Source: Candidatus Magasanikiibacteriota bacterium (GTDB taxonomy: Bacteria > Patescibacteriota > Patescibacteriia > Magasanikbacterales > UBA922). Taken from it: a stretch of 64,000 nt of DNA. Position numbers and translations under genes: made by a program. Below the pieces are notes generated by a model. It saw nothing but the letters and a program-made list of their open reading frames with translations. It was not told where the DNA came from and did not search any database. Within the stretch, counting starts at the first letter, position 1, and each line of letters opens with the position of its first letter. Shown here one piece after another: positions 48,196 through 56,280 of this stretch. The DNA is taken from positions 91,029-155,028 of the forward strand of contig JBAYVA010000003.1 in assembly GCA_041674805.1 (NCBI GenBank), given 5' to 3'.

Positions 48196-48259
48196 AACGT
48201 AGCTCAGTTAGTTATCCCCGATTAAAATCGGAATATAACGTTGGGATTGATAATTCAAT
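48196..48259 (+). repeat. tRNA-like pseudo-element, copy 2
   Basis: GTAGCTCAGTTAGTTA + TCCCCGATTAAAATCGGAA + TATAACGTTGGGATTGATAATTCAA. Abuts the 3' end of the intact tRNA. Confidence 0.5.
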
Positions 48260-48307
48260 TTCATCCTGTGTTACAAAATGTAGAAATAAAAAAATTCAAT
48301 CAATTTT

Positions 48308-48580
48308 ATGCATTATATATATTTCTTGTGGAGTGAAAAACTTCAAAAAATATATATAGGTGAAACAACAGACGTTTTGGCAAGAATTGACTACCATAAT
48401 AATGGTAGACAAAGATACACTTCTCGAGGTGTACCTTGGACACCCATTGCTTATATAGAATGTGAAAACAGAAATGAAGCACTTGCCGAAGAAAAGAGAC
48501 TGAAAAAATGTAAAAACAGAAAATACTACAAAAAGTATTTATTGGAAAAAGGAAAGAAGATAAAAAATTATAGAAAATAA
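48308..48580 (+). CDS. Small GIY-YIG nuclease-superfamily protein (YhbQ/UPF0213-like)
   Basis: IYFLWSEKLQKIYIGETTDVLARIDYHNNG...R...EALAEEKRLKK matches the GIY-YIG pattern with catalytic Arg and Glu. 90 aa. Confidence 0.65.
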   Translation: MHYIYFLWSEKLQKIYIGETTDVLARIDYHNNGRQRYTSRGVPWTPIAYIECENRNEALAEEKRLKKCKNRKYYKKYLLEKGKKIKNYRK

Positions 48581-48605
48581 TAACTAAATTACTATTTATA
48601 TTAAG

Positions 48606-48657
48606 GCCAATAGCTCAAGCAGGTTAGTCCCGATCAAAATCAGAATATAACATACCA
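48606..48657 (+). repeat. tRNA-like pseudo-element, copy 3 (more degenerate)
   Basis: GGCCAATAGCTCAAGCAGGTTAG + TCCCGATCAAAATCAGAA + TATAACATACC. Confidence 0.45.
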
Positions 48658-48725
48658 AACATCTTCATCTTCTGTTATACTAACAGTAACTAATAATAAA
48701 TCTAAAAAGATTTATTAATCACATT

Positions 48726-49466
48726 ATGCTTTTTAATAAAAGTATCAAATCACTTATTATTGAAGCTCAACAACAAATGAGTCATTCTTTTGATCCTTTA
48801 CATGATTTGCGTCATGTCGAGAGAGTTGTAAAAAATGTCAAAAAAATTTCTGCTCCAATCAAACTCACTCAAATAGAAAGAGATGCTCTTGAATTGGCAG
48901 CTTGGTGGCATGACATTAGTCGTGCTATCAACAACAAGCCATCTATGATTTGGATGGCTATGTTTGATGACAACTTATCAGCTTTGGCTTTACTTTTTTA
49001 TACCATCAAATATCGTATAAAAAACAAAGTTGCTTTGAAAACTTTTGGACTACTTATGTGCAATGGCATGATTACTGGAAAAATAATGACAAAAATTTTT
49101 GCTAACAAAAAAACAAGATTACTTTTGAACTTATTGAAAGATGCTGACATGATGGATCTGATGAATATCAATAGATTTTATGAAGCAACTCAACTAGCAC
49201 AAATGTCAAAAAAAAATTTACGAAAATTTCGTATGCTCATTTGGTACAATTTGAATAGTAATATTTTAGAAATGAAAACATTTGAAGCAAGAATATATAT
49301 TGAAGAAATAATTATAAATTTTTTAGAATGGATATCAAACAAAGAAAATTATTTGTGGCATGAAGAAAATTTTGGTAAAGATTGGATAGACAAAACTATA
49401 AATAAATTACAAGAAACACTAGGAGAAATTACAAAATTAAATAATTTGCAACAAAAGTCAACATAA
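48726..49466 (+). CDS. HD-domain hydrolase
   Basis: HDLRHVERV ... AAWWHDISR ... DADMMD is consistent with the H-HD-D metal site. Confidence 0.5.
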   Translation: MLFNKSIKSLIIEAQQQMSHSFDPLHDLRHVERVVKNVKKISAPIKLTQIERDALELAAWWHDISRAINNKPSMIWMAMFDDNLSALALLFYTIKYRIKNKVALKTFGLLMCNGMITGKIMTKIFANKKTRLLLNLLKDADMMDLMNINRFYEATQLAQMSKKNLRKFRMLIWYNLNSNILEMKTFEARIYIEEIIINFLEWISNKENYLWHEENFGKDWIDKTINKLQETLGEITKLNNLQQKST

Positions 49467-49505
49467 AAAATATTTTTAAAAAAAACTTACAAAAAAAATT
49501 TGTAA
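49466..49505 (+). terminator. Intrinsic terminator after the HD gene
   Basis: acttacaaaaaaaatttgtaagt hairpin plus T-run. Confidence 0.5.
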
Positions 49506-49783
49506 GTTTTTTATTTTCTAAATTTTTTTTTAGAAAAAATATTTTTTACAAAAGTTATACACAGCTTTTTACAAAAATCTATTTTAAAAAAAGTGAAAAG
49601 GAATTATACTTATAATAATAAAAGGTCGAAAAGATTTTTTACAAAAAAATTTTTAAGAAACTTTTACATCGATGCTTGTCATGTAAAAAATTTCTAATGA
49701 TGTCACACAAATTTTCATTTGGTGTGCACCATGGTCACGTCAAAGTGAACATCAAAAATTTAATATATTGAGGAGGTGAATTT

Positions 49784-49927
49784 ATGCCTACAAAAAAACC
49801 TGCTACTAAGAAAAAAGTAGCTAAGAAACCAGCTAAAAAAACAGTAAAAAAAGCTGTAAAAAAAGTAGCTAAGAAAAAACCAGCTGCTAAAAAGAAAGTA
49901 GCTAAAAAAACTGCTAAGAAAAAATAA
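49784..49927 (+). CDS. 48-aa lysine/alanine-rich histone H1-like DNA-binding protein
   Basis: Strong SD AGGAGGTGA sits 5 nt before the ATG. Translation is MPTKKPATKKKVAKKPAKKTVKKAVKK...AKKTAKKKK. A terminator follows. Absent from the supplied track (under 60 aa). Minus-strand track ORFs 49735..49941 and 49760..50005 are mirror artefacts. Confidence 0.6.
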   Translation: MPTKKPATKKKVAKKPAKKTVKKAVKKVAKKKPAAKKKVAKKTAKKK

Positions 49928-49949
49928 TATTTTTTCTTCACAAAAAAAA

Positions 49950-49980
49950 CACTCTCGTCTAGAGAGTGTTTTTGTTTTTT
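49950..49980 (+). terminator. Intrinsic terminator after the histone-like gene
   Basis: acactctcgtctagagagtgt hairpin followed by TTTTGTTTTTT. Confidence 0.65.
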
Positions 49981-49988
49981 TAAAAATA

Positions 49989-51284
49989 TTATTTTTTATC
50001 TGCAAAAATTTTTACAGTACCAAACACACCATCATATCCTGGTTTCACAAAAATATTCCCACTACGCACACGTGAAATTGCTTCAGCAATTTTTTCTCCA
50101 GGTACTTTTGCAATCTGCGAAAGATCAGCTTCAAGTAAAATAAAAAATTCATTATGAAAATTCTGTAATAATTTTTCGTAAGTTTCACTAACTTTTTTGG
50201 TATTTACACCGCAAGCAAAAACATCTGCCAAAATTTCTGCCAAAGGTACAATACTTTGGTAAGGAATTTTTCTTTTACCAGCATCACGGGCTTCTTCAAT
50301 ACTTCTATCCGCCAATTCATGTACTCTATTCTCTACTCCGATAATTAATTTTTTACCACACTTCGGACAAAGTCCTTTCAATTTTTTTGTTTCTTCTGGA
50401 GCACAAGAAAAATTGCAAGACATATGTCCATCATAATGATACTTTCCTTCTTCTGGAAAAAATTCTATCGTCGAAATAAATTTTTTTCTATCTTGTTCAT
50501 CAATAATTCTTTTTATTTCTGTATAAGTAATATCTTTTTCTGATTTAAAATAAAAAACATTAGCTTCCCTACCTAGTTTGGCATTACTATGCGCATCAGA
50601 ATTTGATATGAGCGTGATATTATCCAAACTTGACAACCTCCAGTTCATGAGTGGATCGCTCGACAGACCCGTCTCTATGGCCCGTACATAAGGTGTCAAT
50701 TCTTCAAACGCGTCTTGCAAAGAATCATAACCACCTTTGCTACCAAAAATACCAAACCACGGTGTCCAAGCATGCGCCGGAATCATCATCATGCGTTCAT
50801 CGGTCTCAAGCATGAGTTCCAAAATCTGTTTTGAAGTCAAACCCAAAATAGGACGACCATCAGATTTCAAATTGAAACCCATTTTATTCAATTTATTATT
50901 AAATTTTTCAGCCACTTCAATACTTGGTGCAAAAATAAGCAAATGAATTCTACGTGTTTTACCTTTGTGTTTTTTTATAGAAGCAATTTCCGTCCCAACT
51001 ATAAAGCGCGTCTTAGAGTCAACGTCATCACCTCTCCTATTAGGAGAGGTCGACTGGGACGACGCAGTCCCAGCGGGTGAGGTCTTTAATTTATAAACTC
51101 CTTCCGTATCCTCAACCAAACAATCTTTCATATGTTGGAACCACTTCGGATGCGTAAAATCTGAAGTAGATATAATATCTATTCCTTTGGTTTCACAAGT
51201 CTTTGCAATCAAAGGCAATTCTAAACTCTTCGAGCAAGCACGAGAATATTTTGAATGGATGTGCAAGTCAAGCACTTTTTTCAT
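49989..51284 (-). CDS. PHP-domain nuclease with a C-terminal zinc ribbon, endonuclease Q-like
   Basis: N-terminal [9 protein letters not shown] PHP motif. Further His/Asp motifs ([15 protein letters not shown]). CNFSCAPE...CPKCGKK zinc ribbon. About 430 aa, like EndoQ. Contains an in-frame GC-rich palindromic insertion. Confidence 0.5.
   Translation of the reverse strand: [431 protein letters not shown]
51021..51085. repeat. GC-rich palindromic element inserted in-frame in the EndoQ-like gene
   Basis: acctctcctattaggagaggt is a perfect 21-nt palindrome; tgggacgacgcagtccca is a second hairpin. Encodes a low-complexity loop [23 protein letters not shown]. Confidence 0.6.
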
Positions 51285-51303
51285 AGCAAGTTATTAATAA
51301 AAC

Positions 51304-51338
51304 AATCCTGATTTTCGGATAATACGGATGATACGGAT
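51304..51338 (-). repeat. Copy C (reverse orientation) of the ATCCG(T/G)A periodic element
   Basis: Reverse complement reads ATCCGTATC ATCCGTATT ATCCGAAAA TCAGGATT. About 25-55 nt upstream of the EndoQ-like start. Confidence 0.65.
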
Positions 51339-51415
51339 TATAAACTAAGTTAAAAAATATTTGTGAATATTCGTTTTACATTTGTGTTATCCATAACAGT
51401 GTAGTCCCAAATAAC

Positions 51416-52138
51416 TTACAAATATTCTATTTCTTCATCTGAAAGTCGCTTTATTCCGGTGTCATTTTCCACTTCTTCCAAAACCTGAGCCACAAGACCT
51501 GGTACACGAGCGATGATAAATATACCGTTTCCAATATTACTTGCCATTCCCATATCACAAAGTATAGCAGCAATAGCACCATCTGCATTGAGTGGTAATT
51601 TTTTGGATGAAATTTCATTCAAGTTTTTTTCAACCACCAAAGCCAATTCACAATGTTGACCAAAAATATCATTTTGTTTTGCTATTTCAAACAATTTCAC
51701 AGTGCGTGGATCAGCATCTTCGAAAAATTTGTGACCATATCCCAAAACATATTGTTTGTTTTCTTTCATTTGTTTTAGCAAAGTCAACCAATCTTTTTCA
51801 TCTTCATGATTATAAAAAAATTCCATAGCTTGTGAAATGACTACACCATGCCTTTCACCAAGACCAAGTAGTCCTGCTGCTACTGACGCATGAAGAGGAT
51901 TTTTAGCAGAAGCTGAAATACGAGCAGTCAGAGCAGAAGCCGTTGCAGGACCATGATCAATGACTGAACTCAAAATTGCTTCAAACATTTTTGTTTGTTT
52001 TTTGTCTGGAATTTTTCCGGTCAACAAGAAAAAAATATTTTGTGCAAAAGTATTTTCTGTCATCAATTTTTCTAATTTTTCACCACGAATTATTTCTTCT
52101 CCTTTTTCTACTTTGGTTAGTTTGGTTTGGAATTTCAT
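51416..52138 (-). CDS. Short citrate-synthase-family protein (citryl-CoA lyase-like, about 240 aa)
   Basis: Citrate-synthase signature GYGHKFFEDADPR. Only the C-terminal catalytic region of a full citrate synthase is present. Confidence 0.5.
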   Translation of the reverse strand: MKFQTKLTKVEKGEEIIRGEKLEKLMTENTFAQNIFFLLTGKIPDKKQTKMFEAILSSVIDHGPATASALTARISASAKNPLHASVAAGLLGLGERHGVVISQAMEFFYNHEDEKDWLTLLKQMKENKQYVLGYGHKFFEDADPRTVKLFEIAKQNDIFGQHCELALVVEKNLNEISSKKLPLNADGAIAAILCDMGMASNIGNGIFIIARVPGLVAQVLEEVENDTGIKRLSDEEIEYL

Positions 52139-52185
52139 ATATATCCTGAAGCGCAGCGAGGGATCTGTAGACCCTGAGCACGCTA
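52139..52185 (-). promoter_or_regulatory. Conserved GC-rich 5'-leader element (copy 1), directly abutting the start codon
   Basis: Plus strand atcctgaagcgcagcgagggatctgtagaccctgagcacgc; about 85% identical to 59147-59190. The mRNA-sense strand ends ...CGCUUCAGGAUAUAU-AUG, supplying the only SD-like AGGA. Confidence 0.5.
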
Positions 52186-52241
52186 ATTAAAATTAAAATT
52201 TTACCGAAGTTTTCTAAATATTCTGCGTAAATCCGCGTCTC

Positions 52242-53138
52242 TCAAGCAAAAGGTTTTATCAATGTAACAAGATCTTCATATCTATCCGCAATCATCACAC
52301 CCACTTCGGACAAAGCTTTGGATTTTTCTAGAGCTCCTTTGCCACGCTCCACAATCGCACCAGCATGACCAATATTCATACCTTCTGGCAAAGTGCTAGC
52401 AAATTTTCCACCGATATAAATCGCGAGCGGTTTGGAATATTCCTTATTTTTGATAAGATCTACTATTTCAAATTCATAACTACCACCATGCTCACCAAAA
52501 ATTATCACGGCTTTTGTTTCCTCATCTTTTTCAAATAATTTCAACAAATCTGCATAAGTCGTGCCCATAAGTAAGTCCCCTCCCACATGCACAGCAGTAC
52601 TTTGTCCCAATCCTGCTTTTCGCACTTGCCAAGAAACTTCATTTGTCATACCACCCGAACGAGAAATAATACCAATACTACCAGGAGTAAATATTTCGTC
52701 AGCTTGTACTTTTGGTCCACCGACTACACCAATACGTCCAAGACCTGGGGCAATATAGCCAAGCGAACTTGGTCCGATGATTTGAATATTTTTTTCTTTG
52801 GCAGCAGCTAGACAATAAGCTGTATCACGAATTGGCACACGCTCTACAATCGTATTGATTTGTGAAATACCAGACTCAATCGCTTCCAAGATTGCCGCTT
52901 TGGCCGCAAATGGTGGTACATAAATAGCAGTCGTCGTAATATCTGGAAACTGCGCCACAGCTTCAGCTACAGTATTGAAAACTGGTTTACCAAGCACTTC
53001 TTCTCCGCCTTTGCCAGGACGCACTCCACCAATAACGTTGGTACCATAATCCAGCATAGCTTTGGCAGCTTTTTCACCTTCGTTACCAGTGATACCTTGA
53101 ACGAGGACTTTAGTATTTTTGTTTATTAAGATTGACAT
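52242..53138 (-). CDS. sucD: Succinate--CoA ligase alpha subunit (or citryl-CoA synthetase small subunit)
   Basis: MSILINKNTKVLVQGITGNEG N-terminus, SRSGGMTNE, and phosphohistidine loop MNIGHAGAI. Confidence 0.85.
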   Translation of the reverse strand: MSILINKNTKVLVQGITGNEGEKAAKAMLDYGTNVIGGVRPGKGGEEVLGKPVFNTVAEAVAQFPDITTTAIYVPPFAAKAAILEAIESGISQINTIVERVPIRDTAYCLAAAKEKNIQIIGPSSLGYIAPGLGRIGVVGGPKVQADEIFTPGSIGIISRSGGMTNEVSWQVRKAGLGQSTAVHVGGDLLMGTTYADLLKLFEKDEETKAVIIFGEHGGSYEFEIVDLIKNKEYSKPLAIYIGGKFASTLPEGMNIGHAGAIVERGKGALEKSKALSEVGVMIADRYEDLVTLIKPFA

Positions 53139-53152
53139 AAATAAAATAAATT

Positions 53153-53557
53153 TTAAAGTGTCATATCAGCTAAAACTAAATTAAAAAGTATAATAAAAGA
53201 ACAAATTAACGCAAGTAAAAACCAAACTAAAAAAATTCTACTAATAATTATAAATTTTTTTGAAGAAGTATCTTTTGCTTTGAAAAGCATGAAAAAAAAT
53301 AATATATAATATACAGCACCAAACAAAAATACAATTTCATCCATGAAAAAATTTGGATTTATAAAAGAAGAAATCATTGTTATTGGTAATACAGGAAATA
53401 AATAAGCAAATAAAGGCAAAATCCTAAAATTACTAAATTCCCAAGAAGGTGTTTGAAACCCAATAAAAGCAACCATCAAGAAAAATAAATGCACAGCAAA
53501 CCAAGTCCAACCAATTCTCTTAGGTGAATTTTTGTAATATTCTTTTATTCTATTCAT
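53153..53557 (-). CDS. Hypothetical membrane protein (4 TM)
   Basis: Hydrophobic helices throughout; no recognised domain. Confidence 0.35.
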   Translation of the reverse strand: MNRIKEYYKNSPKRIGWTWFAVHLFFLMVAFIGFQTPSWEFSNFRILPLFAYLFPVLPITMISSFINPNFFMDEIVFLFGAVYYILFFFMLFKAKDTSSKKFIIISRIFLVWFLLALICSFIILFNLVLADMTL

Positions 53558-53571
53558 ATAGTTTTTGATAA

Positions 53572-54114
53572 TTATAATTTTAAATATTCTTTAGCACGTA
53601 AAATAACGGCAATAGCTGGTCCATGTACAATTGTACCATCTACAGCCCAATCTATTGCTTGTTGCATTGATACTTTTTCCAAAGATAATGTTTCTTCATC
53701 TGAATCAAGTGATATTTCTGGTATTGAATCAAGTTCTGCGAGAAAAAGATATTCTGTATGATGAATATTACTGGTAAGTCCAGAAATAGTACCAAGTGGA
53801 ATTAACTTTTTTGGTAGAACACCTATTTCCTCTTCTGTCTCACGACGAGCCGCTTGTTCGGGTGTTTCACCTTCATCTAGCTTTCCCCCAGGTGTTTCTA
53901 TTGTTATTTCTCCATAGCCATGACGATATTGTTTTATCAAATAAACATTTCCTTCCTTGTCAATTGGCAAAACAGAAGAACCAAATGGTAATTCTAAAAC
54001 TACAAAATTTAATTCTCTATTAAGCTCATCTATCACAATATCCTCGCGCAACCTTGCCCAAGGATTTTTGAAAATTTCCTTTGTAGATTCTACTTTCCAT
54101 TTTTTTGGTTCCAT
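53572..54114 (-). CDS. NUDIX hydrolase
   Basis: Nudix box GGKLDEGETPEQAARRETEEEIG. Confidence 0.8.
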   Translation of the reverse strand: MEPKKWKVESTKEIFKNPWARLREDIVIDELNRELNFVVLELPFGSSVLPIDKEGNVYLIKQYRHGYGEITIETPGGKLDEGETPEQAARRETEEEIGVLPKKLIPLGTISGLTSNIHHTEYLFLAELDSIPEISLDSDEETLSLEKVSMQQAIDWAVDGTIVHGPAIAVILRAKEYLKL

Positions 54115-54118
54115 ATTA

Positions 54119-54433
54119 TTATTTTCTATTAAACAACTTTTTAAAATTCAACAAAATCATTGGCAATAAAAAACCAATAAAACCAAATTGTATAACACCT
54201 AAAACAAAATAAAAGGATTCTGACAAATTATATACATCAAATTTGAAAATTTTGCTTAAAAAATCTACCAAAATATAAACTGGTAATTCTAAATATAAAA
54301 CTGACATCATAGCTTCACAATCACGACCATACATTTCACAAGGTGCCCAAGCAACTAAATAATAAAGAACAAATAAACCCATCAACAAAACAGACACAAA
54401 TGTATATAAATATAAATTCTTTTTTTCAAACAT
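54119..54433 (-). CDS. Small hypothetical membrane protein
   Basis: 104 aa, three hydrophobic helices. Confidence 0.3.
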   Translation of the reverse strand: MFEKKNLYLYTFVSVLLMGLFVLYYLVAWAPCEMYGRDCEAMMSVLYLELPVYILVDFLSKIFKFDVYNLSESFYFVLGVIQFGFIGFLLPMILLNFKKLFNRK

Positions 54434-54445
54434 AAAATTATTAAA

Positions 54446-55726
54446 TTATTTAATCAAATCCGCCAAAACCTGAGCAGTGTCGCTCATACTTGTTTCTTTG
54501 CCAAATAATTTCATATTAAGGTTATTTCTCTTAGCACACTCTTCCATCACACGCATACCTTCTTTGTCATCAGGCCCAGCCCGACGGACAACTATTGGAA
54601 AGGCCGGCTTGATTTCGTCGAGAGCATCCACTATTCCTTTGAAAGTTTCAGCCACATTAGTAAAGTTAGCTACTACACCACACATCCACAAGCCTTTTAG
54701 CCCTGGTTTGGACAAAACTATTTTGGTTAGCTCATAGACTTTTTCCCGAGGAGGATTGCCTGAATATTCCGTATAATTGGCAGGATCTAAGCCAACTTTT
54801 TTTAAAGCATCCATATTAGCAATACTTGCTCCTCCACCATTTAAGATAAGAGCAATGTCGCCATCTAGCTCAATGTATTTGCCAGCTGTACCTTGGTAAT
54901 ACTTTTCACCTTTATCAATTTCTTGTACATCAATTTCTCGTTCAGTCGCCGGACGACCAAGCATAGTACGAGATTCAAACAAATCCCAATCTGTAATAGT
55001 TGACTGTTCTATTCCTTTTTCTTTAGCACGCTCTTGTGCTTCTTTATTATGACGGAAAAAAGCATCATCATCAAGTGCTACTTTGGCATCGAGAGCTACT
55101 ATTTCTCCAGAAGTTGTTTTGACAAGCGGATTTATTTCTACAACTCTAGTATCCTCAGCGAGAAAACATTGCCAAAGTCTTTGAGCAACTTCTAGATACT
55201 CCTCCCCTATTAGGGGAGGTTGGGAGGGGTTAGATAACTCTGACAAACTTGCTTTTGTGTAACCCCCTCTAACTCCCCCTACAAGGGGGAGAACACTATC
55301 TCGTATATCCAAGGGAACACGTAAAATCTTTTCATCAGAGACATCCTCAATATCCATGCCACCTTCAGTACTAAAAATCAAAACAGGTTGTTTTTTGTTG
55401 GTATCATAAGTGATAGATAAATAATTTTCACTCTCAATATTTATTTTTTCAGTGAGTAAAATTGCTGAAACATATTGTCCACGAATAGACATGGCAAAAA
55501 TTTCTGTAACGGCTTTTTCGACTTCTTCTAAATTATTACAAAATTTTATACCATTATTTTTTCCACGCTTACCAGACAATACTTGAGCTTTGACCACAAC
55601 ACTAACCAAACCTAATTTTTTATAAGCCTCAGCCACATTATCACCACGATGAATAATAACTCCAACAGGAATTTTTATGTTATGTTTTTGAAATAAAGTT
55701 CTACCTTCGAACTCGTATAAGTTCAT
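54446..55726 (-). CDS. sucC: Succinate--CoA ligase beta subunit (ATP-grasp) carrying an in-frame palindromic-element insertion
   Basis: Colinear with SucC. [20 protein letters not shown] matches [44 protein letters not shown] and [20 protein letters not shown] also match. About 36 extra residues ([32 protein letters not shown]) are encoded by a GC-rich palindromic insert. Confidence 0.85.
   Translation of the reverse strand: [426 protein letters not shown]
55198..55300. repeat. GC-rich palindromic element inserted in-frame in sucC
   Basis: cctcccctattaggggagg (perfect 19-nt palindrome, ATTA loop); ctccccctacaagggggag (perfect hairpin); long-range gaggggttag...ctaacccc pairing. Shares the CCYCYCCTATTAGGRGRGG core with the EndoQ insert. 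Confidence 0.6.
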
Positions 55727-55868
55727 AAATTATTTTATTGATTTATTAGTTTATTTTTTATTGGTATCAGTTCAAATCTGTTAAATTTGTTCAATATGTG
55801 TTCTATCTAAATTTTGTAGTTTAGATAGAACACTGATCCAACTGATTAAACTGATAAAAACAGATATT

Positions 55869-56276
55869 TTAATTTATAAATTCAACTTGTGCTCGACAAC
55901 CAGCACAGCCTGCCCCGTGTGAACCTTCTTTAGCTTTTGAGGCTTTCAAATTCAAACGAAAATTCTTACCATGATCATGAAATCCTAGTTTTTCATAAAA
56001 ATGATGCATATCATCCCTACCGTATCTACTTTGCATCAAAATTTTATAACAACCTATTTCTCTAGCTTTTTCAATCATGGTTTTCAAAAGTTTGGTACCA
56101 ACACCTTGTCCACGATATTCTTCATCCACTGCAAAATATTCAAAAAGAGCATAAGGCTCATCATGAAAATCATTTTTAATAATGAATATATAACCATGAG
56201 CAATTTCTTTTTTGTCTTCATTGTTTATAAAAAAACGTATACCTTCTGATTGAAATTCTTTTGTTTGTATTTCCAT
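55869..56276 (-). CDS. GNAT-family N-acetyltransferase
   Basis: Acetyl-CoA motif EYRGQGVGTKLL. Confidence 0.75.
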   Translation of the reverse strand: MEIQTKEFQSEGIRFFINNEDKKEIAHGYIFIIKNDFHDEPYALFEYFAVDEEYRGQGVGTKLLKTMIEKAREIGCYKILMQSRYGRDDMHHFYEKLGFHDHGKNFRLNLKASKAKEGSHGAGCAGCRAQVEFIN

Positions 56277-56280
56277 AAAT

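Noticed and set aside
48037-48657. CRISPR array
   Set aside because: The repeats are tRNA-derived, about 60-80 nt, irregularly spaced (about 160 and about 400 nt) and imperfect. No cas genes are present.
49735-50005. Two minus-strand low-complexity ORFs (68 and 81 aa) from the track
   Set aside because: They are antisense mirror images of the K/A-repeat region of the plus-strand histone-like gene. That gene has an SD and a terminator; the mirror ORFs have neither.
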